Positions 58,751-64,000 of a stretch of 64,000 nt of DNA are shown here, piece after piece. Under the pieces are notes generated by a model. It was given only the letters and a program-made list of their open reading frames with translations, was not told the DNA's origin and did no database searches. The DNA is from Camelus ferus (taxonomy: Eukaryota). The translations under genes were made by a program, and so were the position numbers. The stretch's first letter is position 1, and each line of letters begins with the position of its first letter. The stretch is from the NCBI RefSeq assembly GCF_009834535.1, contig NC_045697.1, positions 27,714,001 through 27,778,000 of the forward strand, written 5' to 3'.

Positions 58751-59485
58751 CATAGGATTTTTTAAACCCCCAAAAAATCTTAATGGGAATTATTTAGTTT
58801 TCTTTTTTCCCTCTTCTTTTCTTCCCCACCCCTTCTCTCTCCTTGCCCCCCACCTATCTCTCTTTCTTTTTCTTTGTATTTAGTAAAATTATTCTCAAGA
58901 TCATTTGGAAAAATCATAGGAGAGCATGAGAGAATGAGATATCACTTAGCGCTTATTATGCATTTAATCTCAGTAAAGAGTAAAACAATTCTAATAATTA
59001 ATGACAGGTGAAATGATACTCCAGCATTGCTGGGGATGAGGAGGAAATCCACAAGTGAACAGAAGATGAATTTAAAGATGAATTTGCAATATATCAATGT
59101 CATTTTAAAGATCATGGGTTTTTTTTCACTGTAATTCCATGCTGTAGAACCTATCCTAAGGAAGTAAAATTAATATGAAGACTAAATATTGAAACAGTCA
59201 ATATGAAAGGGCTCCAAATGTAAAGTTCAGAAATTACAAATTACAGGATACATTTAAGGTCTGATATAATGTAAACATGAGTAATTACTATTGCAAGTAG
59301 TTTTTAATAAAATGGAAAATATTTAAGTTCTAATGTAGGTTTTCAAAAATCCACAAGATGCATAATTGTACATATATTGTTTGGCTATAAAGCATTGAAA
59401 AAACTGGGGGGTATTGAATCGAAGTGGCCACCTAAGTTCTCATAAATATTTTTCCATTCCAACCAACATCTCTAAAAATGATAGA

Positions 59486-59543
59486 CTGACAAAGCATTGT
59501 AAACTGACTATAACTCAATAAAATAAAATTTAAAAAATAAAAA
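59486..59543 (+). mobile_element. Ultra-short L1 3' insertion with 13-bp TSD
   Basis: acaaagcattgtaaactgactataactcaata plus A-rich tail; taaaaatgataga (59473-59485) / taaaaatgacaga (59544-59556). Confidence 0.8.
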
Positions 59544-59561
59544 TAAAAATGACAGAAAAGT

Positions 59562-59589
59562 GGGTTGTTTGGGGTGGGTTGGGGATGGG
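59562..59589 (+). other. G-quadruplex motif
   Basis: GGGTTGTTTGGGGTGGGTTGGGGATGGG. Confidence 0.55.
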
Positions 59590-60109
59590 AGGAGGTAAAG
59601 GTTGGATCCATAGTAATGCTATAAAAAGCATGCTATCAGATCAGAAATTTTAATTAATCCCTTGAAATAGAGAAAGTGGAGAAGACTAAATTGACAAAGC
59701 AAATTACATCCAAAATCATGTTCAGAAGAGACAGGTGCACAAGTAGAAGAGGCCCCTGCTATGCTCCAAACACAGAGGGAACAGATTCAAGAAACAGGAC
59801 GGAGCTGTGTGGCAGCCGGTGGGGAGGTTATAATAACCCAATCCTGGTTGCCAGATTGGTGAGTCCCACTCCTCCACCAAATAGTGCCAAAAAGTAGATG
59901 GTGGGGTGTTTGCCTCAGGCTGGAACAGTGAGTGTGAGCCCTTGGGAGGACGAGGGAAGGAAATGCCTCGGGGAGCTGGCCACACCCAGAAGGAACAGGG
60001 AGCCCCTAAACTTGGGAGATGAGTGACTCGATTCTGCACCATGGCTCTGACTCACCCAAAACTGCTGGAGGTAGAAAGAAAGGACACCCATAAACAGGCA
60101 AAACCAGAT

Positions 60110-61171
60110 TTTTCTTTCTCTTTTATTTTTCACATAGGAACTTTTCAAACATACACAAATTAAAACGAATATCACAAACAACCAGTACTTACTTCCCGGC
60201 TTCAACAACTACCAGCACCCCATCATTCTAGTTTAGTCTGTCACCATCACCACTACCTTTAATTTTTTTCTGGAGTATTTTAAAGCAAATCCCAAATATT
60301 ATATCATTTCACTCATGATTCTTAGTGTGACTCTCTGGCACCTAAAGGAATTTTTAGAAATCAAATCCATGAAAACGTTACAAGAAAAAAAATGACAATA
60401 ATTTATCAACATCCTCTAACAGCCAGCTGTGTTAGATGATGTTTTCCAAGAATAATTGCAGCAACACTTCCCACCTCCTGCAAGGTGAGTTGCCATCCAG
60501 ATGCGAAGTCTACATCCCTTCTCTTGACTCAGTGCTGGCCTTAGTCACTGGAAGGACAGATGTGAGATGCTGTCTGACTCTGAAGGCAAAGTTAGGGAGG
60601 AGGGTCTACTCACTTCGACCTGGTCCTCTTGGAGCACTTACTCTACAGAGCTCCTCTCCAGATGGTCCCTCTCAGAATCCACCCACACAAGGGGCCACAG
60701 GTAGGTGTCCCACCAATATTCTCAGCTGAGCCTGGCCTTTCAAGTCTTCCCACTGAGGCTCCAGCCATCTCCACTGTGTCCTGACCCACAGAACCTATGA
60801 ACATGAAAACAGTTGTTGTTTCATGCCACCAAGAAGCAGGGAGGTTTGTCTCATATCAGAAAAGTCAGAAACACTGGTTCATATTCAATTTTCTCCCATT
60901 GTCTCAAAATTTTACTTTATGGTTGATCTGTTTAAATTAGGATCCAAGCAAGGGTTATACAATGCTTTTGGCTGTAATTTCTATTAAATATCTTTTAATA
61001 CATATGAATTTCTCCTTTTTTTTTTCATTTTTATGCCATATATTTGTGAAAAAACTGAGTCTTTTGTAGAATAACTCACATTCTGCTTTGGTTGATGGAT
61101 CAATCAGCCAACCATTGTTTACTATATTCCTTTCTGAGTCATATTTCCTGTAAAGTGATGGCTAGAACTAG
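60110..61171 (-). mobile_element. L1MB8/L1ME1-like 3' end, split by an MLT1H LTR
   Basis: ttttcaaacatacacaaa...ggagtattttaaagcaaatccca...; resumes ttcatattcaattttctcccattgtctcaaaa...aggatccaagcaaggg. Confidence 0.75.
60428..60873 (+). mobile_element. MLT1H-like MaLR solo LTR
   Basis: TG...CA ends; cctgacccacagaacctatgaacatgaaaacagttgttgtttcatgccacc. Confidence 0.75.
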
Positions 61172-61383
61172 CATGGTTGCCAAGCTTTTTCCATAAAGGA
61201 CCTGATAATCAATATTCTAGTCTTTGTGGGCTACTCAATGTCGCCATGGCGGCAAAAAAAAAAAAAAAAAAGCAGCCACTGGTTATTTAAAGATGAATGA
61301 GTGTGTCTATGTTCCAAAAGAACTTTATTTTCAAAATAGGGAGCAGCCAAATTTGGTCCATGGGCCATGGCATACGGGCCTTG
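61172..61383. mobile_element. MER58A hAT-Charlie element
   Basis: aagctttttccataaaggacctgataatcaatatt...aaagcagcc...atgttccaaaagaactttattt...atttggtccatgggcc. Confidence 0.85.
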
Positions 61384-61399
61384 ATCTAGAAAAAATAAA

Positions 61400-61983
61400 A
61401 GATTATAGAATACAGAGCTGAGTACACAATCCAGAATCACCAAGTATGTGAGGAAAATCAACATCATGAAAGGAAAACCAAACTAAACAAATCTAAGAGC
61501 CAATACCAGAAGAAACAGTAAATAAAATAAACAGAAGAAAACTTTGAAAGAAGTGCTGTACATAAACTACCCTAGAGAATTAAGAGATGCTATGACATTT
61601 CCTAAGTAAGAAAAGGTTGTTGTGACAATAAGCATTTATGGGTCTAGAGTGCAGCACTTAGGCAGCCAAGTATGCTGGGAAATTTTTCCAGAACACCATA
61701 CTAAAGGAAAAAGAAATGGAAATGCTTAAAGTTTGGAAATATTAGAAATTAGACCCAGAAATTCCAATATCTGTCCAATAGAAGTTACAGACAAAGAGAC
61801 CAGAGAGATGGAAGTGAAGAGATAAGCAAAGACATAGTAGTAGAAAATATATTCTCTAGGTTGAAAAAAAAAGTTATTCTTTAAATAAAACTGAACCATC
61901 GGGTAACAACCAGGGAGAATAAGTGGGGGAAAACTCTCATGCATGAACACATAATGATGAAGTTTTATCACTCCGGGTATAAA
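61400..61983 (+). mobile_element. Old L1M 5'/ORF1 remnant
   Basis: attagaaattagacccagaaattccaatatctgtccaatagaagttacagacaaagag. Confidence 0.65.
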
Positions 61984-62471
61984 TGTTGCTGAAACATGGC
62001 CTTCATACCCCACTTAACTGAACTGACACTCGAGGACAGAGTTTTGAATGAAGTAGAAAAGGCAGCTTTATTTCTTTGCCAGGCAAAGGCGGCCACAGTG
62101 GGCTAATGGCTCCAAGACTCTGAGCCTGCTGGGGAGAGAAGGCAGGGAGTTTTGTAGTAAAAGTTCAAGAGTTCAAGGAGTGGGGCTAGTTTCCACAGAG
62201 ACTGCACACAGGGTAACAGATTGTTGCAAAGTTGTTCTTGTTTTTGCAGATGCAGCCGTCCACTTCCCTCTGCTGGGTGTGAAGTTCACCTCTGGTTTGG
62301 GGACTTGCTTAGCATTCTTGTACCTGGAACAAAGGATGCATAGGAAGGGGCTCCCTGGAAAACAGCTCTAAAGAAAAACTTGTGCAGTTTAAAGTCAGGT
62401 TGATAAATGCTTTTAGCAGGCTGAGGCCTGGGACCTCCTACTGTAGGCTGAGGCCTGCAGCTTGAACAACA
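61984..62471 (-). mobile_element. ERV1-class solo LTR (lineage-specific)
   Basis: Inverted termini TGTTG...CAACA, minus-strand AATAAA at 62067-62072, gacagagttttg...agctttatttctttgccaggcaaagg motif typical of ERV1 LTRs. Confidence 0.75.
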
Positions 62472-63249
62472 GGATGTAAGGAAAGCACAAGGGTCATGAG
62501 GAGGGCACTGGGGTCAAGAGCAGAGCACTGGAGGAAAAATCAGGGCACTGAGCATGATCCCTGCCTACAGCACCAGCACCATGAGGGGACTGGGTGGACC
62601 ACCCAAGCCTCCCTCCTCTCTAGCCCAACCCTGGTCAGCAAGAGCTTGAGAAAAACCCTTTAAACCACTGTACAGTTAAGCAGTTACAAACACCATTACA
62701 AATATTAGATGATCATCAATGACAATAGTGTCCTGCTCAGTTACATAAAGAACTCTGAATTTCCTTCCACACATCCAGAGTCTCATTCAGTGACTCTGGG
62801 GTGGAATTTGGAAATTTGACTTTTGTTTGTTCGTTAGCTTTCAAAACACCATGCCAAGGGAGACTAATTTGCTGACTGCTTCTCTCTAGAGCAATAACCT
62901 GGGACTCAGTACCAAGCCTCTCTTTCCTACTCTGACGCTGATTATATGGCCCAGAGCTTCCAGATCCCTCTTACACCAACTGTCCCATTCTCCTTCCTTG
63001 TGCAGGTGTCATTGCCTTGATGCTCCACTGTTAACCCCTATCTCTTCCACCACCACAGAACAGGATCCTCCTTTGACCTCATGCCCAGTGACCAGGGTTT
63101 GGTTGACATCTCCCCCGAAGCACCCTGGCACCTCCAAAATTTCCCGGCCCTGAACTGCTGCTCTCCAGGCCTGCCAACCCCTGCACTCGATACGCTGGTC
63201 CCTGACTGCCCCATCCCTCCGTTATCCTCTAGATACTGGCTCTGCTGTG

Positions 63250-64000
63250 ATCCATTCACTCACTTAACAAACACACATCAAGCTCTCAGTGTGTGCAGAA
63301 CACTGTGCCAGGTCCTGGGGAAACAAATCTGAAAAAGACCTGTTGCTTGCCCTCAAGGAGTTCTAGTTGGAGGCAGATGTGAAAAGAAAGACATGGACTA
63401 CAGAGTGATAAGTGTTATCATACAGTGTTTCTCTAAGGACAGTCTGAGGACAACCTGCACCTGACTTTGCCGAAGTTCTTAAGAAATTTCAGATTCCTGG
63501 ACTCAGTCCTCTGGATCATAATCTCATGAGAATGTAGCACAGGAATCTGTATTTGAAACAAGCTCAAGTAATTTTTAGGACCATCAAACTGATAACCACT
63601 GTCCTTGAAGAACTATGCCCCAGGTCTCTGATTTGATTAAGAAGGAACTTGGGGAGGAAGTGAAAGGGAGGTGGGAGAGAAGCTGGATTGGATGTGAAGA
63701 GGAGTCAGATCCCACAATGTCTTGCCATGCTAAGGGCTCTGGGCTTTGTAGGATCAGCCATAGGGAGCCAGTGAAAAGTTCTAAAGGAGGAAGGGAGTGG
63801 AACAGCATAGTGTAATTTTAAAAGATGACTCTGATAGCAGAGTAGAGGATGAATAGATGTGGGTTGAGGACAATGTGAGGGGGTTGAGGCTGGAGGCAGA
63901 GAGACTAGTCCAAGTGAGTGTAATGGGGACCTGAGCCAGTGCAGGGGCAAGGCAGACAGAGAAAGGAGAGATGGGAGGTCTGGATGGGAGGTAGAATCAA
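63250..64000 (-). mobile_element. L2 element interrupted by MER5A
   Basis: cattcactcacttaacaaacac...gccctcaaggagttctag; resumes gccatagggagccagtgaaaag...ttttaaaagatgactctgatagcag. Confidence 0.8.
63423..63604. mobile_element. MER5A hAT-Charlie element
   Basis: cagtgtttctctaagg...cagattcctggactcag...caggaatctgtatttgaaacaagctc...gataaccactg. Confidence 0.8.

Noticed and set aside
1-64000. Window-wide enrichment of TCF/LEF (CTTTGAT) and AP-1 motifs
   Set aside because: About a dozen TCF sites seen versus about 8 expected at uniform composition and more in AT-rich DNA; not convincing without a computed background
1-64000. CRISPR array, rRNA, snRNA, processed pseudogene or named protein-coding gene
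   Set aside because: No repeat-spacer array, no recognisable structural RNA and no peptide I can match to a known protein; DNA is eukaryotic

Overview
Mammalian genomic DNA, very probably camelid (camel/alpaca/llama): two Vic-1-type tRNA-derived SINEs and cetartiodactyl-type L1 3' ends are present, and I saw no Alu, BovA/BovB, PRE1 or CanSINE copies. The window reads as intergenic or intronic. I recognise no known protein-coding exon, tRNA, rRNA, snRNA or miRNA, and the ORF track is mostly chance ORFs or repeat-derived. Much of the sequence is interspersed repeat (MIR, L2, L1, MaLR/ERVL/ERV1 LTRs, hAT and Tigger DNA transposons), with two assembly gaps (10905-11038, 23215-23413). Repeat family names come from remembered Dfam/Repbase consensus sequences, not a RepeatMasker run, so subfamily labels and many boundaries are approximate. 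Best leads: (1) a Vic-1 SINE carrying LTR-like cargo inside one target-site duplication (14322-14719); (2) a hand-assembled minus-strand splice chain giving a speculative 112-aa ORF (12676-34879); (3) a promoter-like cassette at 3330-3660; (4) a diverged ~230-bp tandem duplication (31730-32610); (5) two fold-back template-switch scars inside old L1s; (6) an almost spacer-free inverted MIR pair whose arms share a derived variant. I found no clearly supported novel biological system; these are hypotheses to test.
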